DNA of 55,036 nt, the filler included, from Bipalium vagum (Eukaryota), in the NCBI GenBank assembly GCA_037834085.1. It is 3 parts of 3 records of this genome, joined end to end, with 100 filler letters (N's around TTAATTAATTAA, not from the genome) between each part and the next. Parts side by side here need not be neighbours in the genome. Positions count along the whole stretch, not along the records: positions 1 to 15,703 come from JBBMKC010150701.1; positions 15,804 to 38,110 come from JBBMKC010223787.1; 1 more part is not named here. The stretch is one strand, 5' to 3'. The notes below the pieces were generated by a model. It was not told the origin of the DNA and searched no databases. It worked only from the letters and a program-made list of their open reading frames with translations. Below are positions 10,938 through 21,960 of this stretch, in pieces (within the stretch, counting starts at the first letter, position 1; every line of letters starts with the position of its first letter). The translations under genes and the position numbers were made by a program.

Positions 10938-11830
10938 ATGAGAAAAATTTATAATAAGAAAATACAGGCGAACCTTTTAGAGAGCTACTTTCTCGCTTTG
11001 AGCTAAACAAAATATTATATTTATTTCAAATTTATCCGAAATTAAAAAACATTAATTTTGATTCCCTTCGATATTTGTGATTTTTTAGAAATTGAATATT
11101 ATATTTTTCCAAGGGAAGATTAAAATAATTCATTTAAAGTAAGAGTTAAATACTTGTTTTATTTTTTAAAAAATGGATGCGAATGAAAATTTTAATAATC
11201 TTAAAAAACGAATTGAACAATTAAAAAAAGTTAACTACAGTAAAAAATAAATTTGAAACTAATCAATTAAATCAATGGAAAGAAGAAAGAGAATTAGCAA
11301 TTGATTTAGATAAATTTTATAAACCTGTTGTAGATAATATAACAAAATTAAATGAAAATGATTTACCTAATTCAATAAAACCAACTATAGATAGCAATAA
11401 AGTAATTTTTAATAAAGAAACTGAAGATGAAAAAACATTGTTTATTAAAATAAATAATGAAAATAAATTTTGGATAGTAAATAAAAAAGATCAAGGATTC
11501 GAATTAACATATGAACAATCAATGTTAGAAGGCAAACGAAGAGATTATTAATTAAAAGAAATAGAAAACTATAATCAAATAATTGATACTCTTGAAAAAC
11601 AAGGAATTGAAAATACTATCAATTATCAAAATATTGAAAAAACAATATGAAAAAAGTCAGATAAAAAGAGGTGAGGATTATAAAATCTACAAATAAAAAT
11701 ATCCACTTGATCCGACTTCGTCGTCAGCAACTTCCTTGTATCAGTTTGTAACTTTAAGAAAATATTTATCTGTTAAAAAAGCTGGGCATGATAATCTTGA
11801 TCATTTAATTTTTAAAATATTAAATAAATA
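10938..11830 (+). pseudogene. Small ORF (10938-11123) plus coiled-coil KKAGH-motif ORF (11173-11830) of Maverick B
   Basis: Same order as, and recognisable nucleotide similarity to, 1103-900 and 860-1 in remnant A. Confidence 0.7.
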
Positions 11831-11901
11831 AAAAAGGCGAAAAAAATAAAAGAAAAAACAATAAAATTATAAAAAATTTAACTTAAAACAATATTTTAAA
11901 A

Positions 11902-12765
11902 ATGGAAGCTAGTGATACTCTAGGAAGCGTTGCTTCCGCCTCATTACAAAAAATATCAAATCTTTTATCACAAAATTTTTCAACAACATTTATTGTAAAA
12001 AGTAAAGAATTAAATATATCTTTTAAATTTCAAATTCCTTTACAACTTGATTCTAATTTAAACTATGAATTAGCGTTAGTTTATTTTTCTACTTTAATTC
12101 TATATTTAATATAAATGAAAACAATAATAGAATCAATGTAAAAGTAACAGAGTAAAAATATGACAAAGCCTGGTGAACCTCCACTTCACAAAATATTTAC
12201 AAAAAATATCAAATTATCTCCAGGTGCTTATGAAATTGAAGAAATATCAAAAATTATAGAATTTAAATATGATAAAACTTTAGAACCTTTAAAAGACAAA
12301 TAATATTATGTAAAAATCAAACCAAATCCAATTTCATCTAATTGTGTACTGAAAATAGGATGTGAAGTTCAATTTCCTCAAAACAATTCATTAGCTAATT
12401 TTTTAGGATTTTAAATTATGAAAATTTATAATGAAGGAATACATTATTCAAAATCAGTTAATATTTCAAAAATAAATAGAATTATGATTGATTGTAATAT
12501 TGCAGATGGTGGTTTTTTTTAATGGGGAAAATACAAATATTAAAACAGTCTCTTGTTATAAGTACTAACATCATTTTTGACTTTCCATCAAGTACTGTTA
12601 AAAAAGGCTATAAAATAATTGAAATACCAAATTTTCCAATTTATTATCCTTTAATTACAAGAAATATTCCTGAAATAAAATTTAAAATAATTGATGATAA
12701 TAGAGAATTAATAAATTTTATTGGAAAAACAATAAGTTTTACTATTCACCTCAAACAAGTTAAAA
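11902..12765 (+). pseudogene. Polinton minor capsid protein (penton, single jelly-roll)
   Basis: FKFQIPLQLDSNLNYELALVYFST, NINENNN, IKLSPGAYEIEEI, NSLANFLGF, VNISKINRIMIDCNIADGGF, GYKIIEIPNFPIYYPL...IKFKIIDDNRELINFIGKTISFTIHLK. Frameshifted. Confidence 0.85.
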
Positions 12766-12829
12766 TTTTTTATTTAAACAATTATTTTTTCTTAAAAAAT
12801 AACGTGCGAGGGAATCTTTTGGAGGTTTA

Positions 12830-13530
12830 GCCCCTGATTTTTGTTCGGATTTCTTAGATGATAAAACAATAAAAATAAATAATCATAAACTTACACACAA
12901 TTTTTAGAATGTTAATTATTGGTCCACAGGTTCTGGTAAAAAATGGTTATTATAAAAAATGTTATTAACTCGAGATAATATTGATTATACAATTTGATTA
13001 TTTTTCTTAAACTGTTTTTTCTCAACCAGCATATAAATTAAAAAAAATTGCTTTGAATTAGGATTATCAAAAAATGAAAAAAAATTTGATGAAAATAAAG
13101 ATTTTGAATTTAAAGAAAAAGCAATAAAAGTCACATTATCTGATAAAGCAAATGAAATTCAACGTCCAGATAAATTAGATACCAGCTTTGCTTTCGGAAG
13201 CAATGCTTCAAAAACTTTAAAAATTTAATTATTTTTGATGATGTAATAAATGAAAAAAATCAACATATAATGGAAATGTATTTTACTAGAGGAAAGCATA
13301 ATAAATGTTGAGTAATATATTTAACTCGATCATTCTTTGAATTATTCCTAAGAAGTATAAGAAATAATACAAATTTTTTGATATTTTTTAAAATTTCAAA
13401 ATTTGATAAATTACAAATTCATTCAAAAATGTTATCTCCTTTTGTAGAAAAAGAAGACTAATTATTTATTTAATTTTCATATGAACCAAAAATATAATTA
13501 TTTTTTTATAAATTTAGAAAATGAATAAAT
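12830..13530 (+). pseudogene. A32/FtsK-like DNA packaging ATPase
   Basis: FRMLIIGP(T)GSGK Walker A with a 1-nt deletion (12902-12940). Walker B IIFDDV near 13228, then MYFTRGKHNKC*VIYLTRSFF...SIRNNTNFLIFFK. Confidence 0.9.
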
Positions 13531-13559
13531 TTTATCTATTGCTTTTTTAGCTTCGCTCA

Positions 13560-13828
13560 AAACTTAACTTTTTTATTAAAAAAGTTGGATAGAATTTCAA
13601 TTTTATGATAATATGACATGGGAAAAATTGGTAATTTTTGACATATTGATCATGTTATTCCTATATCAAAATTTGATTTAAATAATTCAGGGCATTTTAG
13701 AATGTTTTAATTTGAAAATTTTAAGACCTTTAAGAAAAGACAAGAATTTATCAAAAAGCCCTAAAGTTAACTTTTGGGAATATATTTTTCAAGAAATAAA
13801 AGCAAAGTATTTTGAAAAAGAATATTAA
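13560..13828 (+). pseudogene. HNH (endonuclease VII-like) nuclease remnant
   Basis: SWIEFQFYDNMTWE..GNF*HIDHVIPISKFDL...ECFN...LRPLRKDKNLSKS, matching the MTWxNYG-WHIDHxxP...NLxPLxxxxNxxK pattern of large-DNA-virus HNH nucleases. Confidence 0.8.
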
Positions 13829-14059
13829 AAAAACGGAAATATTTAATAAATATTTAAATTGGATTAATGTTTAAAAATTCGCGCATGAGGCATCTAGAAA
13901 AAAATTTTTTTTAGCGGAAACAAATATATATATTTTTTATGAAGATAAAAAATTAAACTAAAAATTTTTAATTTTTGTTTTATAAATTTGAATCATTTTG
14001 TATAATTTTTTTTTATTTCGAACCTTCGGTTCTACTACCCTTGGCGCACTCTTTTTTTA

Positions 14060-15600
14060 GGTATTTTCACAAAATTTCAAAAATTTCTCAATTATTATTT
14101 TTATAATCTTCTTAGTTTTCATCAAACATGACATATTCAAAATCTAAGTAATTCAATTTATTTCTTCACTCCATTTTCCAAATATATTTTCATTTGATTC
14201 ATTTTCTAAAATTAATATTTGATTATCAAATTCTTTTTTATTATTAGATGACAACATAATATATCTGCATTTGGTTTTCTTCTTTTATATAAATTCAAAT
14301 AATGTTTAAAAGATTTTTCTAGAGGAATAAGTACTCCCCCTCTTAATGATTTTCTCCAAGGTGAATTTAAAATATCACTTGATAAATTTTTTCCATTATA
14401 CAAATCTAAATATTTATCAATATCAATTATATCTTTTTGATAACTTTTAAATGTTTTCTTTAATTCAATTATTCCTTCTGGTGATATTGTAATACAAGCT
14501 TTTATTTTTGGTGCAAGGAATAATCCATAAATAATCCCTCCATCTCCATAATCATTTTTTCCTTTTCCATATTCATTATCATCAACAACATTTGCATCAA
14601 CTAATTTATCCCAAACCTTTTTATGATCATAAATTGAATTGGTGTCGGTGTAATATACATTCGGCTCTTTAAATTCATCAACTACTAAAATAAAATCATT
14701 CATTATGCTTTTTGAATGAGATAATAAATAAGCATCTAAATGAGAAGGTAGAGAAATTGTAGAAACATTTTTTCTTCCTCACTTATTTCATTTACTACAT
14801 TTTCAAACTCAGTATTATTTTTATTTTCTTATAAAATTCAATTTGACTTTTTCTATCAGATTTTTGTTAATTTTCGAAATTTTATAAAACTGAAAAATAT
14901 TTTTAACGCTTTTTTATTTTGTAACATTTTTTCATTTAATGAATTTCCTGGTAATGTTTCAAAAAATTCTATAAAAATATATGATTCGAATTTTTGTCTT
15001 AATGCTGCAACACTTCCTCCTTTTACAGAATGTCTTATAAATTTTCTAATAAATTGATTAGTATGAGAATAAATTTTTGTAGATTCTGATAAGGATCCAC
15101 TTTGTAAGGATTTTTAACAAGCTTTTTAGTTAAACCTGGTGCGGTAAAACAACATCTCATATCTACTCCAAATGAATTTTGATAAATAGAATAAAATTTA
15201 TAAATAAGAATTGCTAAAGATAGAACCATTTATTAAATATGGAAGCCATTCGTATTTTCTTTCTTCATAATTATTTAAATCTATCGATGTTATTTCATTA
15301 CCTTGTTTTTTAAATTCTGATGGTAAATAAAATGATTCACACCAATTTTTTAAAGATGATTTTTGAAATTGACAAGAACATCTGAAATGAATATTAAATT
15401 TTATTATTTCAACATCTTCTTCTTATATACCTTTTTTTGTTAAAATCTTTTTCTCAACTTTTTCAACAGGGATTATTAAACTAATTATTCTTGAACTTGT
15501 TTATGAATGGTTTATTTAATTTTCTTAAGTTATTTGCTGAGACTATAATTATCAAATCCTGAACCATTGTGTGCAATTAATAAAATATCACTTTTTGGTG
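14060..15600 (-). pseudogene. Protein-primed family B DNA polymerase (pPolB), internally deleted
   Basis: LIAHNGSGFDNY (Exo II, ~15545-15580), VLSLAIL...FGVDMRCCFTAPGL, KFIRHSVKGGSVAAL, LPSHLDAYLLSHSKSIMNDF, YYTDTNSIY (YxDTDS variant), GKGKNDYGDGGIIYGLFLAPKIK. Confidence 0.93.
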
Positions 15601-15816
15601 TTGGTTCATTTTTTTGGGTTTATGAGTATGTTAAGTCTCTTAAATTGGAGCAAAGACTAAGAGCTTAACGGTTAGAAGGTTGACTTTACGTGTTCGATTA
15701 TGTNNNNNNNNNNNNNNNNNNNNNNNNNNNNNNNNNNNNNNNNNNNNTTAATTAATTAANNNNNNNNNNNNNNNNNNNNNNNNNNNNNNNNNNNNNNNNN
15801 NNNATTATAATTAATA

Positions 15817-16555
15817 TTAGGTCATTACAAAAGTTTTATCGTTTATAATTAAAGTTTATAAATTAAAAAAAAATAAGCATGTATTAAAATCAATGAAATC
15901 AGTTCAAGTTGTTTTAATTTTTTGTTTAATTAAGCGAAAATCTAAGGACAAGCAAACAATGCAACATCATGAATTATTAATCAACGAGAGATCATGTTTG
16001 GAATTGCAATTTGTATGAATTATGTATAAAATAAAAAGGCTAGGGAGGCAAAGTCAAGTTTTTAATTTCAGCTTTGGTTTTCCAGATTTAGACATGGACA
16101 TTTTGATTTCATGATCGTCCAAGCTTCTAAAGTTCCTCTGATGTCAAGGAGGACTTTTTACATGAATTAAAGAGAAAGAACTACTGCAACATCAACTGAG
16201 ATGTCGAATATAAAGAGTTTAGATGCAGTGACAATATTCTTTTATCTAAAGACAATTGGTAAAACTAGTAAAACAGTAATTGGGTCTCTTATCAATTGGC
16301 AGGTTTCTAAAAATCTCAGCGACCAACAATCTGAAAATTACTACTTTTCAGAGATTAGAGTAAAATTCAATCTCAGAGGAAAGAATATACTTTCATGCGT
16401 TTAGGTGGGGATTGACTGATGTTATGCATTATGAAATACTCTAGGATGACCAAAAAGTCACCGCACAAGTCTATTGTGATTAAATTCTCCTTGAGAAAAT
16501 CACAAGAAATTTATGGATATTGGCAATTAGAAAAAAGATCATTTTGCATTATGGT
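15817..16555 (+). mobile_element. Decayed mariner element
   Basis: TA|TTAGGTC terminus, WFSRFRHGHFDF HTH segment, degenerate CVxWD / MHYEIL core. Confidence 0.65.
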
Positions 16556-17339
16556 AAATATATTCAAATTAATAATAAGATTATAAAAATAATTCAAAAA
16601 AAATTTTTTTGGAAGAAACATAATTATCCTTCTCTCTAAAAAGCGTCATCAGATGCTTCAATAATTTCTCATTTTTCTAGAAGCAGTAACAGTCGCAGTT
16701 CTTAGAGAAAGAAATCTCTGTGAATTCTTATTGGTTGGAACCGACCATAAATGAGGTTACAGAACTGAGTAGGAACAAAAGTTAAGATTACTTATTATCA
16801 ACATTTAAGATTGATGCAAGGCTAATTAATATTTAGTTCCTCTGAATATTTTTAAAAGGACCTCGATTAGCTTTTCAACCGTAAAACCTCATAATTTTAT
16901 AAATCGGAAATAGATTATCTTGTTTGTCAAAAGGAGAATTGACATCAAAAGTTATGGAGACTATTTTAATGTCAAAAATCTATTTTTCTAACTTTCTTTT
17001 TTAATTTTAAGGTGTAGGTAGAAACGACCTTTTATTTACATTTATTTTTACATTTTTATGTTTAAATGTTAAAGAATTCAAAATAATAAATGTTGAGACA
17101 TAAACACTATCTGCAAGAAGTATTCGTACGATCACTTCATTTATAAAATATTTCGATTTAAAAAGCGGTATGACACTTAATTATTGAAAAACAATTATAA
17201 TTGTAATCAAATCTACAGCATCTTGATCTATAAGTGTCAAATAGCATAAAGATAAAAAAATATTTTCAAAAGTCTATGGACTTAGGTTTGAAAAACTCAA
17301 GAAATTAGGACCCCAAGAATTATTTGTACGATTGTATAT

Positions 17340-17730
17340 ATGACATAAACAAAAAATTATTAACTGTATCTGGCATGTCTAAAATCTTATTGGTCTATTG
17401 ACATCTATTATGCATTGATTGCGCAAAATTTTTGCAAAAATCAGAAGGAATTTTCTGCCATTCTTCTATGAGACATGCTTTTAACATTTCTTTGCCCGTT
17501 ATCTTCCTTGAGTTTTCTTTTCAAGTAGCCAAATATATTCTCAATGGGGTTCATGTCCGGTGATTGACCAAACAATTTCATGACCTCAATACATGTGTAT
17601 TCGAGCCACTTTATCACAATCTTTGCCGTTAGTTTCGGATCTCTATCATGATGAAACTTGAAGTTATTTTTCATAGCAAGTTGCTGAGCGGTTTGCACCA
17701 TTTTTTCTTCGAAAATATTAATGTAGTCTT
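17340..17730 (-). mobile_element. Tc1 (DD34E) transposase C-terminal fragment
   Basis: FHHDRDPKLTAK...QSPDMNPIENIFGYLKRKL. Confidence 0.85.
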
Positions 17731-20289
17731 TTTTTAAAAATAATTATTTTGAATTTTTATCAAAGTATTAAATATAAAAATTACAATGGGGAAATAAATT
17801 TTTTTCTGGAATTTAATAATTATTATTAATCAAAATTTATTAAAAAAATTTAGAAAAACTGTCTTGTGTCAAAATCAATACCAAATATTATTTTATTACA
17901 TAAAATTTTCTATTTGAAAATTAATGTAAAAATTATATTCAAAATTTGCGAATTTCTTAAAATATAAAATTTTAAAAGGAATAAATCATATTTCTTAAAT
18001 GGAATTATATTAAAAAAATTAAATTCATTTTTAAATAACGGAAAAATTGAAAATCTTAAATATTTTCTGGTGATTGAATTTAATTAATTTTAAATATTAA
18101 TAAAATAAAATGTCAATTAACTTAAAAGACAACTGTTAAAATGTGACAATAATTAAATGAATATATTATACACAAAAGAAAACATCAATATTTTTTTATC
18201 AGAAAAATTATCAAAGAAATTTGTTTTGTTCAATTTTCTTTCTTTGGAAAAATATTTATTATTTGGCAGAAAAATTGACAATTAAATCTCAATCTCTTAT
18301 AAAATTTCAGTACAAAAAAAAATTTACAATTTTTATTTCTCATATTTATATTTTGAGAAATAAATTTTCTTAACATTAAAAACAAATCAGATATGAATTT
18401 TATTATTCAGTTTTAGATTTATGGGAAAATATTTTCAAATTTTTCTCAAAAAAAAATTTGTTTTTTGAAAAAAAATAAATTGTTAAGGAAAAATTAATAA
18501 AATTCAATCGATATTATTGATAATGGAAAGTAATTAACTTTTATTTCGTCAAATGATAGTGAAGATAAAATAAAAATAAATTTATCGATTGGTTGCTCAT
18601 AGCTTTTAATCACCAATGAGCAACAGATTGATGGGCAAGTCGTCTTGGAATCTGCAAGTTTTGTTTCAATTAACAGAAAAAAAAATTTAATATTTTTTTC
18701 GTTTTTGTTTTAATTAAGAAGACAAATAATACAAACAACAAACCCACCAGAAAATTGGTAATGTTCATGTGATCAACATTCAAAAAAACAAACAAAAAAG
18801 GGTGAACATTCCAGTGATAAAATCACACCAGTTGGTATTTGTTCACGAGAGAAATGTTGACCACATTTTCTCAAGCCCGAAATTTAATTGTATTACATCG
18901 GTCGCATGCCAAAAGATAAATTTTCCCTTTAACGACCCAGTCAATTGGCCATGAATTAAAGCTTCTGATTCATCATTATGGAAATTAATGCATAATCTTA
19001 AATTGCATTTATTTAAACAAAATTTTCGAAAAAAAAACAGAAAATCAGAAATTATTATTATTATGCTTTCGTCAAGGCATCTGTGTGTTGTTTGTTTGTT
19101 TGTCTAATTAATTGATGCTATCTGTGAAAGTTTCCTAAGAATTGTCTCAATCATATGAGAGCATTTGTCAATGAAATATTGTCGTAATGGAATATTAGAT
19201 TCATGTCTGTAAAACAAACTTTAACGAAACTCGTTTGAGCAATTAATTTCGAACCAGTTGATAATTAGTCTTTTTATTTACTCAATTGCTCTATTGTCCA
19301 TCACTGTCAATATTATATTAATCATAAATCATCATTAACAAATCTATTGTCATGGGAGAAAATTAAAATGGACATATTTACTGACCACTTTTTATGCTTG
19401 AATGATTTTTATATTGATACTTGTACAAAATCGTTCATGTTGCGAGGGAAAATGATTGACGGTTGATAATGGTGGATGTTGAGCTCGTTTTCATTGTAAG
19501 ATTTCATTGTGTTGCTTAGATGACTTTTTTTCCATGGGAAATCTGTTTAGTTTTCGTTGACAGGATGTGGTACATGACAGATTAACAAAATAGTTTGTTT
19601 AAATGACTATAAAAGCTTGAATGGAATAAATTTTCTGAAAATATCATTTTCATTTCGAAAATTCTTTTTCATTGTGAATTTATTAAAAAAAAAGAGATTG
19701 GTGATTTAAACAAAAAAATCAGACAATGAAATTTAAACGAATTTTATCCAGTGAAACTGTTAACATTACGAATTTCTAATAATGAAAACAATTTTTCACT
19801 AGAAACATTAGAACATTTTTTTCAAAGAAATATCAATTTTCATTCACTCAGAAAATGATTTATGGATACCACTGAAATAGATAAATGGAACTATTCATGA
19901 ACCCTTGTCCCTACATTTTTATAAATCTTGAAATGACTCTCAGGAAAATGTGTCAACCAGTAGAATTTTCAAAGTATAACTTAGGGAAGTATTATATATT
20001 CTTCAAAATAAAACGGGAAATAAAGTTTTGTGAAAAATCGTTAATATTTTAACTCATGAATTCCAATGATGTAACATTATTTATACTGAACTAATAATGC
20101 CTTCAGAAAATATAAAAAAGACCCTCGAGAATAATAAATAATAAAGCAAACAAATAACAATAAATATACTTTGAACTTTTTCAAACGAATCTACTCACGG
20201 GTACATCCATTATATTCTATCACTTATATACACATTAAAATTGCAATGAAAATAAAAATAAGGCTGAGCTAAAATTTAATTAACTGGTG

Positions 20290-21380
20290 CAGAGGTGGCC
20301 AATCTGTGGTTTGCAAGCTGCATGCGTCTCTTTAAAGGGCTTTGTGCGGTTCTCATGTCAATTCCCGATTACCCATATTTAAGTAGAAAAGAGCTAGAAA
20401 TTTAATTATCCTGTTTTTTCGTCCTCCATAAAATGATCATTTTGTTAATCAAGCTCCATAACTTAGACCTATCAAATTAAAAATACTACTCTGTGAAAGG
20501 GTAAACCAACAATGATCTTTGCACAATATTACAGTTCCTTCCATAGATACTAAATTTTAGTATTCTAAAACATGACGTCAATAATTATATCAAGTACCTT
20601 TTGTTAATATTAATTCTTTAATTACTAAGTTTAGTGCAAAATTCCAAACAATGTTAATTACTACTGCATTGTTAGATGGATATCAACTAGTAATGTTCTC
20701 AAGAGGCTTGTGGATTTCCTTGGACTCATCTTCACATTTTTAAAGAAAAAAGAAACTTACTAACAACTGGGAGATATTGGATGGATACAGGCCCTAATGT
20801 TTTTCTAATGATACCAAAAAGGATTGTTATTCCAACTAGATTGTTACTGGTATAATCCAAACAATATTTAGTTTTCGGAATAAAATTAAATTGTTCCAGA
20901 AAGACCTTAACACAAAGATTTTACAGCACTTCCATTTACTTAAAGAGCTTGGTAGTTCTGAAAATCATTTGTGTTCTAAAAAGAAAAGTGTATGTTGAGA
21001 GCTTGGATGGTGTTTCAACTAATTTTGCCACAAGATTTTCAGATATTGAAAACTTAAAAACTATTTCTTTTGTCATCAATCCATTTGCAGTTGAGGTCGT
21101 AAAGCATGGATATCAAGTTCAGCAACCTATTGTTACTCAAACAACAAATATATAAGCTGAATTATTGGATCTGCATCAAGATTGTGCTCTCAAATCATTG
21201 CATCATTCACACACTACACTAAACGAAACTAGTCAGCGTATTTTCATTATATTCGGGACATAATGCTGAGTCTGTGTATTCTCTCATGAAGCATATAAAG
21301 TTAAAAAAACAGGACTGTGCTCAATAACAAACACTTAAAGGAATTATCGAGGATTCCAGTGAATGACTACGTAGAGCATT
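20290..21380 (+). mobile_element. hAT (Charlie/Buster, GTF2IRD2-like) remnant
   Basis: Terminus CAGAGGTGGCCAATCTGTGG...GCATGCG. Fragments YCIVRWISTSNVLKR, FVINPF, ELLDL, FGT*...ESVFSLMKHIK. Confidence 0.75.
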
Positions 21381-21489
21381 GTAAAGTTATTGTGTAATTA
21401 ATAAAAAAATTCTTTTGATACAGTTTTTATAAAATTATAAGTAATTTTGTGAATTCACTATTATTCCTCTGTCATTCTATATTTAGAGA

Positions 21490-21960
21490 TATGGAAGTTA
21501 CAAAAGAAAAGTTGGTTTTCTTTTTGAAACTTATGGTCGAAATGATATGGAGGTTAAAAATGTTATCAGTTCATCTGCAAAACATGGGACAACGACTCAT
21601 TATTCTTTAGAGCCATTTATCGCTGTTATTATGATTCCAATCAGACTTTCAATGATTCACAATTTCATACGTCATGCGACATCAGTTCTAGAAGGCGAAA
21701 TTATTCTGATGCACGACAATACTTGCCCACATTGTGGCGTCTTTGTAATCAGATTCTTGAAATTAAAAGAAAGCCAGTTCAGACTTTATTATACTTGATC
21801 GACAGTGTTTGTCAAACTGAAACGGAATCAATATTATCGAAGTTTTCAATCTACAGATGAAGTGAAAACACACGTGAAAGATGCATTGCGAACTCTATCT
21901 TCTGTTGACCCAATCCACTAGTGGAAGTTGTAGAAACTGAAATTCCATTTATCAATGATA
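21490..21960 (+). mobile_element. Highly decayed mariner fragment
   Basis: IILMHDNTCPH motif and downstream F.STDEVK segment. Confidence 0.55.

Larger units (their letters stand above)
9480..15600. mobile_element. Maverick/Polinton (adintovirus-like) remnant B
   Basis: Plus-strand 4-ORF block, penton, A32 ATPase and HNH nuclease converge on a minus-strand protein-primed PolB. No major capsid, protease or TIR recognised. Confidence 0.93.

Noticed and set aside
1-15600. One intact, active Maverick/adintovirus genome with long TIRs
   Set aside because: The two arms are clearly diverged, nearly all ORFs have stops or frameshifts, and I found no major capsid, cysteine protease, TIR or TSD in the window.
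15630-15670. Imperfect hairpin GTTAAGTCTCTTA...TAAGAGCTTAAC beside the Maverick end
   Set aside because: A single short stem next to an N-run; no RNA family or terminus can be supported.
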